From NCBI GenBank assembly GCA_023301545.1, contig JALZUI010000040.1, forward strand, positions 1 through 60,993: 60,993 nt of DNA, written 5' to 3'. Numbering within the stretch: position 1 is the first letter of the stretch; each line of letters opens with the position of its first letter. The notes below the pieces were generated by a model. That model ran no database searches. It saw nothing but the letters and a program-made list of their open reading frames with translations, and was not told where the DNA came from. Position numbers and translations under genes: made by a program. Origin of the DNA: Akkermansiaceae bacterium (GTDB taxonomy: Bacteria > Verrucomicrobiota > Verrucomicrobiia > Verrucomicrobiales > Akkermansiaceae). Of the stretch, positions 28,654 to 37,313 are shown piece after piece.

Positions 28654-28670
28654 TTGACAAATTAAGTCAA
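28654..28670. promoter_or_regulatory. Perfect inverted repeat TTGAC-N7-GTCAA upstream of the GH95 gene
   Basis: Seen directly in the AT-rich intergenic region. Operator-like geometry. Confidence 0.25.
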
Positions 28671-28743
28671 GGATGAGTCACACTTTTTTCATAAAAAAAG
28701 ACAAAAATTGAAAGGCATATTTTTAATGCATCATAATGTCGTG

Positions 28744-28783
28744 AGCCGAATTGGGTAAGAAAATAGCCGAATTAGGTAAGAAA
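28744..28783. promoter_or_regulatory. Tandem direct repeat (2 x agccgaattRggtaagaaa, 21-nt period) upstream of the GH95 gene
   Basis: Copies at 28744-28762 and 28765-28783 differ at one base. They lie 50-90 nt upstream of the ATG at 28835. Confidence 0.35.
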
Positions 28784-28834
28784 TTTAAATTTCTCTCGTA
28801 CTGGTAAAGAATCAACTTAACTTCCTTTATAGTA

Positions 28835-31447
28835 ATGAAATTATCGTTTTCTCTTCTCTCTATATTTTTCACCGCAATCATCGGTGTCGCTAAACCATCT
28901 GACTCGAATAAAGCTCTAGAATTATGTTATGATAAGCCCGCGCCCGATACGGATCTAGGGTGGGCGAATGCGTCTATTCCGATGGGGAATGGGTACATGG
29001 GAGTGAACATGTTTGGAGGAGTAGATAAAGAACGCCTGCAAATCACCGAGAATAGCCTTTACGGGTCGGGATCGGGAAAGGGTATGAAGCGCTTTGGATT
29101 GAATAATTTCGCAGAGGTTTACTTGGACTTTAATCACCAAAACACGAGTGAGTATGAGCGCGGTCTGGATCTGAATGAGGGTTGTGCGTATGTGAAATAT
29201 ACAGAAGGGGACGTTAAGTATGAACGCGAGTTCCTTACGAGCTATCCTGATAAGGTGATGGCAATTCGCCTGAGTTCATCAAAGGAAGGCGGGCTCACCT
29301 TTACACTGCGACCAACAATCCCTTATATCGGGGATGAGAAGACCGGTGAGGTGTCAGTAAAAGACGATACAGTGACCCTATCTGGCGAGATGACGCATTA
29401 TAAGATCCAGTTCGAAGGGCAATTTAAGATTATTCCAGAAGGAGGGACGTTGGAGGCCGGTACAGATACGCTGACTTTGTCAGGGGCGAATAGCGCGCTT
29501 GTATTAGTAGCGGTCGGAACGAACTATGTATTCGATTCGAAAGTAGTTTTAGAGCAAGATGCGGCTAAAAAGTTGGCAAACTCTCCTCACCCTCACGCCA
29601 AGGTGAGTGAAATAATGGCTAAGGCTGCGGTAAAATCATTTGCGGAGCTAAAGGCTAGCCATCAAGCAGATTATCAAGAATTGTTTCACCGTGTAAGCTT
29701 AGATTTAGGCGCGAAGAAGGCAACTGTAACCACAGATAAATTGGTTGATGCGTATCCTGGGGGAGAGTTTAGCCGATACTTGGAAGAGCTAGCTTTCCAT
29801 TATGGGCGTTACATGCTGATTTGTTCGTCACGAAAAGGGGCTTTGCCACCGAACCTGCAGGGGATTTGGAATATGTACGAAAGAGCGCCTTGGGCCTCGC
29901 AATACCTACATGACACCAATGTACAGATGGCTTATGGGCCAGTCTTCACCGCGAACCTCCCAGAGCTGTTTGAGAGCTACGTGGACTTCTTTAAGACCTT
30001 TGAACCGAGACAGCGCTTGTATGCGACGGATTACATTAAAAAATATAACAATTCGCAGTTAGACCCTGATGGAGATAATGGTTGGTCAGGGCCGTTTTGG
30101 GCTAACCCTTATAATATTACAGGTAAATCTCCAGTTGCAGGTTTTGGTACAGGTTCATGGATAGGGCTCATGTTCTGGGATTACTACGATTTTACTCGTG
30201 ATGAGTCGATATTAGCAGAAACGGTGTACCCGGTAATGTATGAGCAGGCGAACTTTGTCTCTCGCTTCGTTACAGAGGTAGATGGCGCTTTGTTAGCTAA
30301 TCCATCGTCTTCACCCGAGCAAGAGAAGAGAAACACTATAGGAACAACCTTTGATCAACAAATGTTTTACGAAAATCACCGCAATACGCTTGCGGCTGCA
30401 AAAATATTGGGGCGATCGGAGAGTAGACTAAAACTCTATGAGCAGCAGTTATCTTTACTAGATCCTATTCATATTGGTAAGTCGGGTCAGATTAAGGAGT
30501 TTCGGGATGAGGAGTACTACGGAGAGTTTGGTGATCCCCATCATCGCCACACATCGATGCTATTAGGGGAATACCCGGGGCAACTGATCAATGATACGAC
30601 GCCTGCATGGTTAGATGCGGTTGAGGTTAGCTTAACTGAACGAACCAATAAATCGAATATCGGATGGGCGCGTGCGGAACGGGTGTCATTCTGGTCTCGT
30701 GTACACAATGGTGATGAGGCATACATCTTTTACCAAGACTTATTGGGAGGGAATTTCCTGCACAATCTTTTTAATGACCACCGTGGTGGCCCACTCTTCC
30801 AGGCTGATGGGAATTACGGAGCTACGGCGGGAGTTGCCGAGATGCTGATGCAGAGCCACGATTATGTAATTTCACCTCTAACGGCCCTTCCTTCGGCATG
30901 GCCCAAAGGGAGTTATAAAGGGCTTCTGGCTCGTGGTAATTTTGAGGTCTCTGCTGAATGGAATCAGAGCAGGGCAACTCGTATAGAGGTATTGTCTAAG
31001 GCGGGAGGGATTTTAAAATTAAGGTACCCGAATCTGGCGCAGGCGACCGTTCAGACAAAAGCTGGTGCACCAGTAGACTTCACTGTGACAGGAAGTGACC
31101 TGATCAGCATCGATAGCATTAAGGGCGAAGTGTACGTGGTAACGGAGCTTCCAGAGTTCACTGCCACTACGGCTCCTAGTGATCTTACAATCAAGGCCAA
31201 CGGAAGGAGTAGAATCGAGCTTTCCTGGAAAGCCACTGATGATGCCGAGTCCTACAACCTTTACCGAGCTGTCGGGAATGCTCCTGATTATGAGTTGGTC
31301 GAGGCAGGGATTAAGGCGCCATCTTTTGCTTACAACCCAAGCGACTTAAAAGGAGTCGCTCAAATGACTCTTAAAGTTACTGCACTAAAAGGCCCTAGAG
31401 AAAGCAATAAAGGCGCCACCACGATTTGGATGAAGTCAGCTAAGTAG
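28835..31447 (+). CDS. Glycoside hydrolase family 95 (alpha-L-fucosidase-like) with a C-terminal Fn3-like domain
   Basis: Signal peptide. GH95-type N-terminus (WANASIPMGNGYMGVNMFGGVDKERLQITENSLY). Motifs LQGIWN and FQADGNYG. The tail contains LSWKATDDAESYNLYR. Confidence 0.82.
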   Translation: MKLSFSLLSIFFTAIIGVAKPSDSNKALELCYDKPAPDTDLGWANASIPMGNGYMGVNMFGGVDKERLQITENSLYGSGSGKGMKRFGLNNFAEVYLDFNHQNTSEYERGLDLNEGCAYVKYTEGDVKYEREFLTSYPDKVMAIRLSSSKEGGLTFTLRPTIPYIGDEKTGEVSVKDDTVTLSGEMTHYKIQFEGQFKIIPEGGTLEAGTDTLTLSGANSALVLVAVGTNYVFDSKVVLEQDAAKKLANSPHPHAKVSEIMAKAAVKSFAELKASHQADYQELFHRVSLDLGAKKATVTTDKLVDAYPGGEFSRYLEELAFHYGRYMLICSSRKGALPPNLQGIWNMYERAPWASQYLHDTNVQMAYGPVFTANLPELFESYVDFFKTFEPRQRLYATDYIKKYNNSQLDPDGDNGWSGPFWANPYNITGKSPVAGFGTGSWIGLMFWDYYDFTRDESILAETVYPVMYEQANFVSRFVTEVDGALLANPSSSPEQEKRNTIGTTFDQQMFYENHRNTLAAAKILGRSESRLKLYEQQLSLLDPIHIGKSGQIKEFRDEEYYGEFGDPHHRHTSMLLGEYPGQLINDTTPAWLDAVEVSLTERTNKSNIGWARAERVSFWSRVHNGDEAYIFYQDLLGGNFLHNLFNDHRGGPLFQADGNYGATAGVAEMLMQSHDYVISPLTALPSAWPKGSYKGLLARGNFEVSAEWNQSRATRIEVLSKAGGILKLRYPNLAQATVQTKAGAPVDFTVTGSDLISIDSIKGEVYVVTELPEFTATTAPSDLTIKANGRSRIELSWKATDDAESYNLYRAVGNAPDYELVEAGIKAPSFAYNPSDLKGVAQMTLKVTALKGPRESNKGATTIWMKSAK

Positions 31448-31480
31448 TTTTATTAGCTTCGTGATGGCGGGCTAAGGAAA

Positions 31481-32395
31481 TTAGTTGGCTTTTTCGAGCT
31501 CTTGCATATCAAAGTTAAGCAGGGGAATAGCTCCTCCTCCGCTGAACTTAGGGAGTACTCCGTCCCAGCGTTCGATAGAGCGGAGTTTAATGAGCTCTGG
31601 GTTGTTGCGTAGCGCTTCTGCTTCACGCTTGATAGCTTCAGCTCTAGCGATTGATTCTTCGCGGATGCTGACGGCTTTAGCTTCGGCCTCTAACTTAGCA
31701 CGTTCTTTCTGTGCTTGAGCTTGGATGATGATTTTTTCCTTTTCCTGCTTCGCTTGAAGGGCCTGCTGTTCTGCGGTTACTTTCGCCTCAATCGCGGCAT
31801 CGAACTCGCGGGAGAATTTGAAGTCGGTGATGGCGATGTTGTGAATGTCAACACTGCTGCCCAGTTCTTTCATGGAGAGAGATTTGGCGATGAATTCCTT
31901 CAGCTTCAGCTCCACCGCGTCCTTGACCTTGGAGCGTTGAGTTACGAGTTCTTCGGCAGTGAATCCAGCGGTGACAGCCTTGAGACATTCTTGCAGGGCT
32001 GGGTCGATAATTGTGGTCGCAAAAACTTCGCGGGTTCCAATTTTTTGGTAGATTTTAGGAACCATTTCACCACGTAGTGAATATTGGACGTCAATACGGG
32101 TAGATACCGTTTGGAGGTCACGAGAGGCGGCGGTCGATTGGGCCGTTTCCTTTTGTTGGCGGATATCGATTTGGGTGATTTTATCGATTCCTGGAATAGC
32201 GAAGTGGAATCCCTCTGGGAGGGCTTTAGGATTTACTTTTCCGAGGGTGGCTTTAGCTCCGGCATGTCCAGGTTCGACGATGATCAGGGCGTTCTTAAGA
32301 ACCATGATAAGAACCAAGACTATAATGACGAGAGGGACGAATTTCAGGAAAGCAGGTGCTTCCGAGACATCGATGGGTTTACGTGTTGTTGACAT
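31481..32395 (-). CDS. SPFH/Band-7 (prohibitin-like) membrane protein
   Basis: N-terminal TM helix, an SPFH core, and a coiled-coil Ala/Glu/Lys-rich region (QQALQAKQEKEKIIIQAQAQKERAKLEAEAKA). Confidence 0.82.
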   Translation of the reverse strand: MSTTRKPIDVSEAPAFLKFVPLVIIVLVLIMVLKNALIIVEPGHAGAKATLGKVNPKALPEGFHFAIPGIDKITQIDIRQQKETAQSTAASRDLQTVSTRIDVQYSLRGEMVPKIYQKIGTREVFATTIIDPALQECLKAVTAGFTAEELVTQRSKVKDAVELKLKEFIAKSLSMKELGSSVDIHNIAITDFKFSREFDAAIEAKVTAEQQALQAKQEKEKIIIQAQAQKERAKLEAEAKAVSIREESIARAEAIKREAEALRNNPELIKLRSIERWDGVLPKFSGGGAIPLLNFDMQELEKAN

Positions 32396-32469
32396 AGGGA
32401 TTAATCAATAACACAGATGATGAAGATAGAGAATTATATCTTAACCTTCTTTTTATAACGGCTGGGAAA

Positions 32470-33711
32470 TTACGCCTTGATTAGTAGTGCGGCAAAAGCG
32501 CCGTCGGTTTGATCTGCAAAAGGGGTGATGTGAATCTGTTTCTCACAAGTGAGCTCTGGATAGGTCTCCGTGAGCCATTGAATCATTTCTTCGTTCTCCT
32601 CAGGATCAATTGAGCAGGTGGAGTAAATGATTCGCCCGCCTGACTTAATACAGGGGAGAAGGTTGGTCATGATGGCTTCTTGGAGTTCGCGCAATTCGGT
32701 GAATTGATCGTGCTGGAGTCTCCATTTAACGTCAACGCGGCGACGGATCACTCCGGTATTGGAGCAAGGAACGTCAGCCAGAATGGCGTCGAACTTGTTG
32801 TGCCACTTTTTAGGAGCGGCAAGAGTCCAGTCATGCACGTCGATATCCGCATTTTTCACACCGAGACGTCGGAGGTTTTGTTCAAGCCTAGGGAGACGTT
32901 TTGCGTTAGAATCCGTACAGAGGATATTACCTTCATTCTGCATTTGAGAGGCGATAAAGGCAGCCTTCCCACCGGGGGCGGCGCAGGCGTCGAGAATGCT
33001 CTCGCCTGGTTTAGCTGCTACTAAGTCGACCGCGTGACGCGTGGCGAGGTCTTGGACGTATATACCGCCGCTTTTAATGAGATCGTATGGGAGTCGCTCA
33101 GTGACTTTATAGAAACGATCGTCCACGGTGGCTTCTAGCCCGAGAGCAGCAAAATCGACCTCGGTAGGGAGTAACGGGTTGAGCCGGACATAGTTATCTG
33201 CAGGTTGGTTATTCCACTCTGCGAGGGCGACAGTGTTTTGGGTGCCAATCTGCTTGCGCCAACGTTTCCAGAGCCATTCGGGATGGCTGTATTGGATGGG
33301 AAGAGGTTGCTCGTCGAGCTCCTCGTAGAAGCGCTTACGGAGAAGGAGAGTTTTGCGTAAAATGGCGTTTATAAGTCCGCGGGCAGGTTTGCGTGCGCAG
33401 TTGACAGTTTCATAGACGGCAGCGTGGTCAGGAATTTTGAGAATCATGAGCTGCGCTACTCCTACTCGGAGGATGTCGCGGACTTCATGGTCGAGTTTCC
33501 CATCGCGAATTCGCCCAATCCAGTGATCGAGCAAATTACGGTGTCGGAGTACGGCCATAATGATGGCTTGTAAAAGGGCGCGATCCTCAGTCGAAAGTTC
33601 ATTCTTGAGTGAATGCTTGTCGATAAGTGATTCAGCATATTCATGCCCGCGGGACCATGCTCTTAATGCAGATACGGCCGCACGGCGGACATTTTTTTCC
33701 TGTTTTGCCAT
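32470..33711 (-). CDS. rsmB: 16S rRNA (cytosine-C5)-methyltransferase RsmB
   Basis: NusB-like N-terminal domain. SAM-binding motif ILDACAAPGGK. Catalytic regions DVPCSNTGV and IIYSTCS. Confidence 0.88.
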   Translation of the reverse strand: MAKQEKNVRRAAVSALRAWSRGHEYAESLIDKHSLKNELSTEDRALLQAIIMAVLRHRNLLDHWIGRIRDGKLDHEVRDILRVGVAQLMILKIPDHAAVYETVNCARKPARGLINAILRKTLLLRKRFYEELDEQPLPIQYSHPEWLWKRWRKQIGTQNTVALAEWNNQPADNYVRLNPLLPTEVDFAALGLEATVDDRFYKVTERLPYDLIKSGGIYVQDLATRHAVDLVAAKPGESILDACAAPGGKAAFIASQMQNEGNILCTDSNAKRLPRLEQNLRRLGVKNADIDVHDWTLAAPKKWHNKFDAILADVPCSNTGVIRRRVDVKWRLQHDQFTELRELQEAIMTNLLPCIKSGGRIIYSTCSIDPEENEEMIQWLTETYPELTCEKQIHITPFADQTDGAFAALLIKA

Positions 33712-33723
33712 AAAGGTGGGTGC

Positions 33724-35046
33724 TTATACTCCGGTGGCTGGGCGGCCGATGGAGTGGTACTCGAACCCTTGCTTTTCAGCTGTTTCAGGGTTGAGGAGGT
33801 TGCGTCCGTCAAAGATGAGGTTCGCACCCATTTTTTCGCGAACGGTGGCTAGGTCTGCATTGGCGAACTCGGGCCATTCGGTGGCGACAATGAGTGCTTC
33901 CGCGCCTTCAACACAGCTGTAAAGGTCGTCAGCGAAGGTTATTTTCCCATCGAGATCACCAAACTTTTTAGCGGTTCCGATGGCTTCTGGATCGTATGCA
34001 GTGATTTGAGCTCCTTCCGCAAGCATGTCGTGGATGAGTTTGATGGCTACGGATTCACGGACGTCATCAGTGTTTTGCTTGAAAGCGAGTCCCCAAACGG
34101 CGATTTTTTTCTCTTGGAGAACCCAGAGTTTTTCGCGGATTTTGTTGAGGAAAAGCTCCCGTTGGTCTTCGTTAATTTCTTCGACTTGTTTGAGAAGGTC
34201 GAAATTGTAACCTAGTGATTCAGAGATAGCGATGAAGGCTTTAACATCTTTAGGGAAGCAGGAGCCACCGTAACCGAGACCAGCATTGAGGAAACGACGT
34301 CCGATACGGTCGTCCATTCCGATTCCTTCGGCTACTTTTTCGATGTCTGCGCCTGATGCTTCACAGATCCGTCCAACGGCGTTGATGTAGGAAATTTTAA
34401 GAGCGAGGAATGAGTTGGCAGCGTGTTTAATGAGCTCGGCAGATTCGACGTCGGTTACTAAGACGGGGGCGACAAATGGTTCGTAAACCTTTTGCATTAT
34501 AGTGGTGGCGCGCTCGTCATTAGATCCGAAGACGATGCGATCAGGCTTGAGGAGGTCAGCAACAGCACTTCCTTCACGGAGGAATTCAGGATTGGAGGTG
34601 ACACCGAACTCACAGCCAGGTTTAGCATAGCGTGCGAGGGTTTCTTCGACCTTTTGGCCTGTTTTTACAGGGACCGTGGATTTGTCCACAATGACCTTGT
34701 ACCCCATTTCAGGAGTAAGAAATTGTGCGATTTCACGGGCGACTTTCTCGATGTACATGAGGTCGACAGATCCATCTTCTTGTGGAGGGGTAGGGACTGC
34801 AATGAAAATGACCTCACCACTACGAACGCCGTCTTCAGTGGAAGTGGTAAAGTTGAGGCGTCCTGCATTTACATTCTTCTTAACGAGCTCTTCAAGACCA
34901 GGCTCGAAAATCGGAATTTTCCCATCTAGGAGCGTTTGTACTTTTTCCGCATTATTATCGACACAAGTAACCTCATGTCCAACTTCAGCAAAGCACGTGC
35001 CAGTGGTAAGTCCAACGTAGCCTGTTCCTATGATTGTAATTTTCAT
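33724..35046 (-). CDS. ugd: UDP-glucose 6-dehydrogenase
   Basis: MKITIIGTGYVGLTTGTCFAEVGHEV, and GYGGSCFPKD containing the catalytic Cys. Confidence 0.92.
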   Translation of the reverse strand: MKITIIGTGYVGLTTGTCFAEVGHEVTCVDNNAEKVQTLLDGKIPIFEPGLEELVKKNVNAGRLNFTTSTEDGVRSGEVIFIAVPTPPQEDGSVDLMYIEKVAREIAQFLTPEMGYKVIVDKSTVPVKTGQKVEETLARYAKPGCEFGVTSNPEFLREGSAVADLLKPDRIVFGSNDERATTIMQKVYEPFVAPVLVTDVESAELIKHAANSFLALKISYINAVGRICEASGADIEKVAEGIGMDDRIGRRFLNAGLGYGGSCFPKDVKAFIAISESLGYNFDLLKQVEEINEDQRELFLNKIREKLWVLQEKKIAVWGLAFKQNTDDVRESVAIKLIHDMLAEGAQITAYDPEAIGTAKKFGDLDGKITFADDLYSCVEGAEALIVATEWPEFANADLATVREKMGANLIFDGRNLLNPETAEKQGFEYHSIGRPATGV

Positions 35047-35247
35047 TATGGATTACGTATCAATCCTTTTTTTAGATAGCAAGTGCTTTTAGTTATACTT
35101 ATTCTGTCAGGCGCGTGCGCTCAAAAGTAACGGAAGAAGGCTCGACTCAAGTGTTACGAATTGATAAAAGTATCAGATTAATAATATAATATATTATTTC
35201 AATCATTTAGCTTGATAGTTTTAATTAAATCGTTTAATAAATATCTT

Positions 35248-35850
35248 ATGAGGTCTTTCTGTTGTTGTGGGGTTGAGTTCTTGAAAAAGGGATTTAGTTT
35301 GCTTGAGGTTTTCTGTGTTATTCTAATTACGACTGTGCTTTTTGGGGGGATTGCTTTGAATCTAGCGCATTCGAATAAATCGAGCGAGTTGACGAGATCT
35401 GGTACCCGCGTGCGCTCCATGGTCAATGGAGTAAGGATGGAGGCGAGAAGTACGTCTTCTAATGTCGCGTTAGCGCTTCGGCAATCAGAGGAGAAGACCT
35501 TATTGGCGATGGCGCGTGAGAACGAGTCGGGTCGATGGGAGCCTGTGCAACGATGGGCTGAGATAGAGGGACAATTTGAATTAGTATATCATACGACGGA
35601 TCATGCTAATGCTTGGAGTTGTATGGATGAGGGAGATTATTCTGGAATATTGATTTTCGGCTCTGAGGGGGCTCTTTTGACTAATGAGGAGGGGAGGTAT
35701 GTTCCTTATGTAAACACGGATTCGGATCAAAGTCAGGGAGCGTATCTGATTGTAAAACATGAGGGCATAGAGATGAAGTTTGAAGAAGATCTAAGCAAGG
35801 CAGTGTTGATGTATATCAGCCCGTTGACAGGAAAGGTGGTGAAATTATGA
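35248..35850 (+). CDS. Prepilin-leader protein, GspH/FimT-like minor pseudopilin
   Basis: Class-III leader KKG|FSLLEV with Glu+5, followed by the hydrophobic helix FCVILITTVLFGG. The ATG at 35248 is preferred over the track start at 35212. Confidence 0.68.
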   Translation: MRSFCCCGVEFLKKGFSLLEVFCVILITTVLFGGIALNLAHSNKSSELTRSGTRVRSMVNGVRMEARSTSSNVALALRQSEEKTLLAMARENESGRWEPVQRWAEIEGQFELVYHTTDHANAWSCMDEGDYSGILIFGSEGALLTNEEGRYVPYVNTDSDQSQGAYLIVKHEGIEMKFEEDLSKAVLMYISPLTGKVVKL

Positions 35851-36338
35851 AAGGCGGAAGAGGAACCGCCGCGGGCTTTGCGTTGGTGGAGTGTTTGGTA
35901 TCAATTAGTGTGTTGGGACTGATGCTACCTACGGTGCTAATGGTCATTAGTACGAGTTCGGTTCATCGCGAAAAGTCTAAGGGTTTGTTTAGATGCGCTG
36001 AGATTGCGCAGGAGGTTTTTGCGGACTTGCCCTCTCTATGGAGTGAAGCCCCCGGATTGATTTTTGGAGAGGGTCAGATATTTGGTTTTCCCGAAATTGG
36101 GGAAGGAGCGAGCTTTTTGTTCGACTCAGAGGGAGGGGTAGCTCCATTGCCCAGCCCAGATATAGCGCTGACCGGAGGAATCGCAGCGCGCTCAGGTTTT
36201 GTGGTATCGGTAAGGCAGGAGGAAGATAGCACCCTTTTAGGCTCTGAGGAGTTTGTAGTGGAGGTGTCCTATCCAGCAGGAAGACCAGCAGCGCGGAGGG
36301 AGAAGAAGGAGTATAAGCTTCGTTTCAGAGCGCGATAG
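35847..36338 (+). CDS. Prepilin-leader protein, GspI-like minor pseudopilin
   Basis: Leader AAG|FALVEC (Glu+5) plus a hydrophobic helix. 4-nt overlap with the upstream ORF. Confidence 0.62.
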   Translation: MKGGRGTAAGFALVECLVSISVLGLMLPTVLMVISTSSVHREKSKGLFRCAEIAQEVFADLPSLWSEAPGLIFGEGQIFGFPEIGEGASFLFDSEGGVAPLPSPDIALTGGIAARSGFVVSVRQEEDSTLLGSEEFVVEVSYPAGRPAARREKKEYKLRFRAR

Positions 36339-36347
36339 GGGAGAGAT

Positions 36348-37313
36348 ATGAGAGGAGGGTTCACATGGATTGAGGTATTGGTCGCTTGTTCGATCACGAT
36401 TATCCTTATGTTGGTAGTGGGCTCGTTAGTTCCTCTGAGTCTTGATAGTTATAATTCGGTTACTGACAACTCTAGGGAAACGGAAAATGGAAGAACGGCT
36501 TTAGATTTACTGAGCCGCGATTTAGAACGTATCGCACTGGATTATCCAGTGACATGGGGCGAGGGAGTTAGCGGAAATGGAATGGCTTTTGTAAAGGGTG
36601 GCGCATGTGCTTGGGACGCGGGTTTCGGGGTGAATTGTCCAGAGGAGACGGGGCGTCCTTTACCTAATGATCGGTTAGGCTTTTTCTTAATTACTCCGGC
36701 GTCCCAGGAGGTGAACGGAATGACCCTGGCGCATGTACTGTATTTTACGGCTTTGACGAAAAACTCCGGAGGGGAGGAGTTACTTCCAGCGAATTCTGAT
36801 ACCGAAAGGGGTTACGGTCGTAAGCTTTATCGCCTTTATACTCCTCCAGACCGCGTTTTTGATCGGTTGAAGAAGCTTGATCCATCGAGGGGTGTGGGTG
36901 ATGGAGCCATTCCTAAGGGGCCGAATTATTTAGGTGCGAGCGTGTTTGCTGATGACCTGGGCTGGTTTGATACTGAGGTTTCACCTGCGGTGCTCTCATT
37001 AGTTGCAGATAACGTGGTGCAGTTTTCTGTGGCGCTGGCGGGGAGATATGAATCAGGCAGAGGCGTCTCTTACCTAAAAGGGATGAGCGAGGGCGGCCCG
37101 TCAGAAGGTCGGTACGCGAGTAGTATTCACGCAATGTTGATGGGAGAGGAGTTAGATTTCGCATTCTCCTTGAATTCGCTAGAATTAGGGTTGAAGGCCT
37201 GTCCCTCAGCGTATGGGGCGACGAGGACAGTGGATCAATGGGAGTCGATGGGAAATAATGAGGAGGAGGTAAGTTTTCCGCATTACAATTTTAGCTATTC
37301 GTTCAAACGATGA
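36348..37313 (+). CDS. Prepilin-leader protein, GspJ/PilW-like minor pseudopilin
   Basis: Leader RGG|FTWIEV (Glu+5) plus the hydrophobic helix LVACSITIILMLV. 321 aa. Confidence 0.62.
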   Translation: MRGGFTWIEVLVACSITIILMLVVGSLVPLSLDSYNSVTDNSRETENGRTALDLLSRDLERIALDYPVTWGEGVSGNGMAFVKGGACAWDAGFGVNCPEETGRPLPNDRLGFFLITPASQEVNGMTLAHVLYFTALTKNSGGEELLPANSDTERGYGRKLYRLYTPPDRVFDRLKKLDPSRGVGDGAIPKGPNYLGASVFADDLGWFDTEVSPAVLSLVADNVVQFSVALAGRYESGRGVSYLKGMSEGGPSEGRYASSIHAMLMGEELDFAFSLNSLELGLKACPSAYGATRTVDQWESMGNNEEEVSFPHYNFSYSFKR

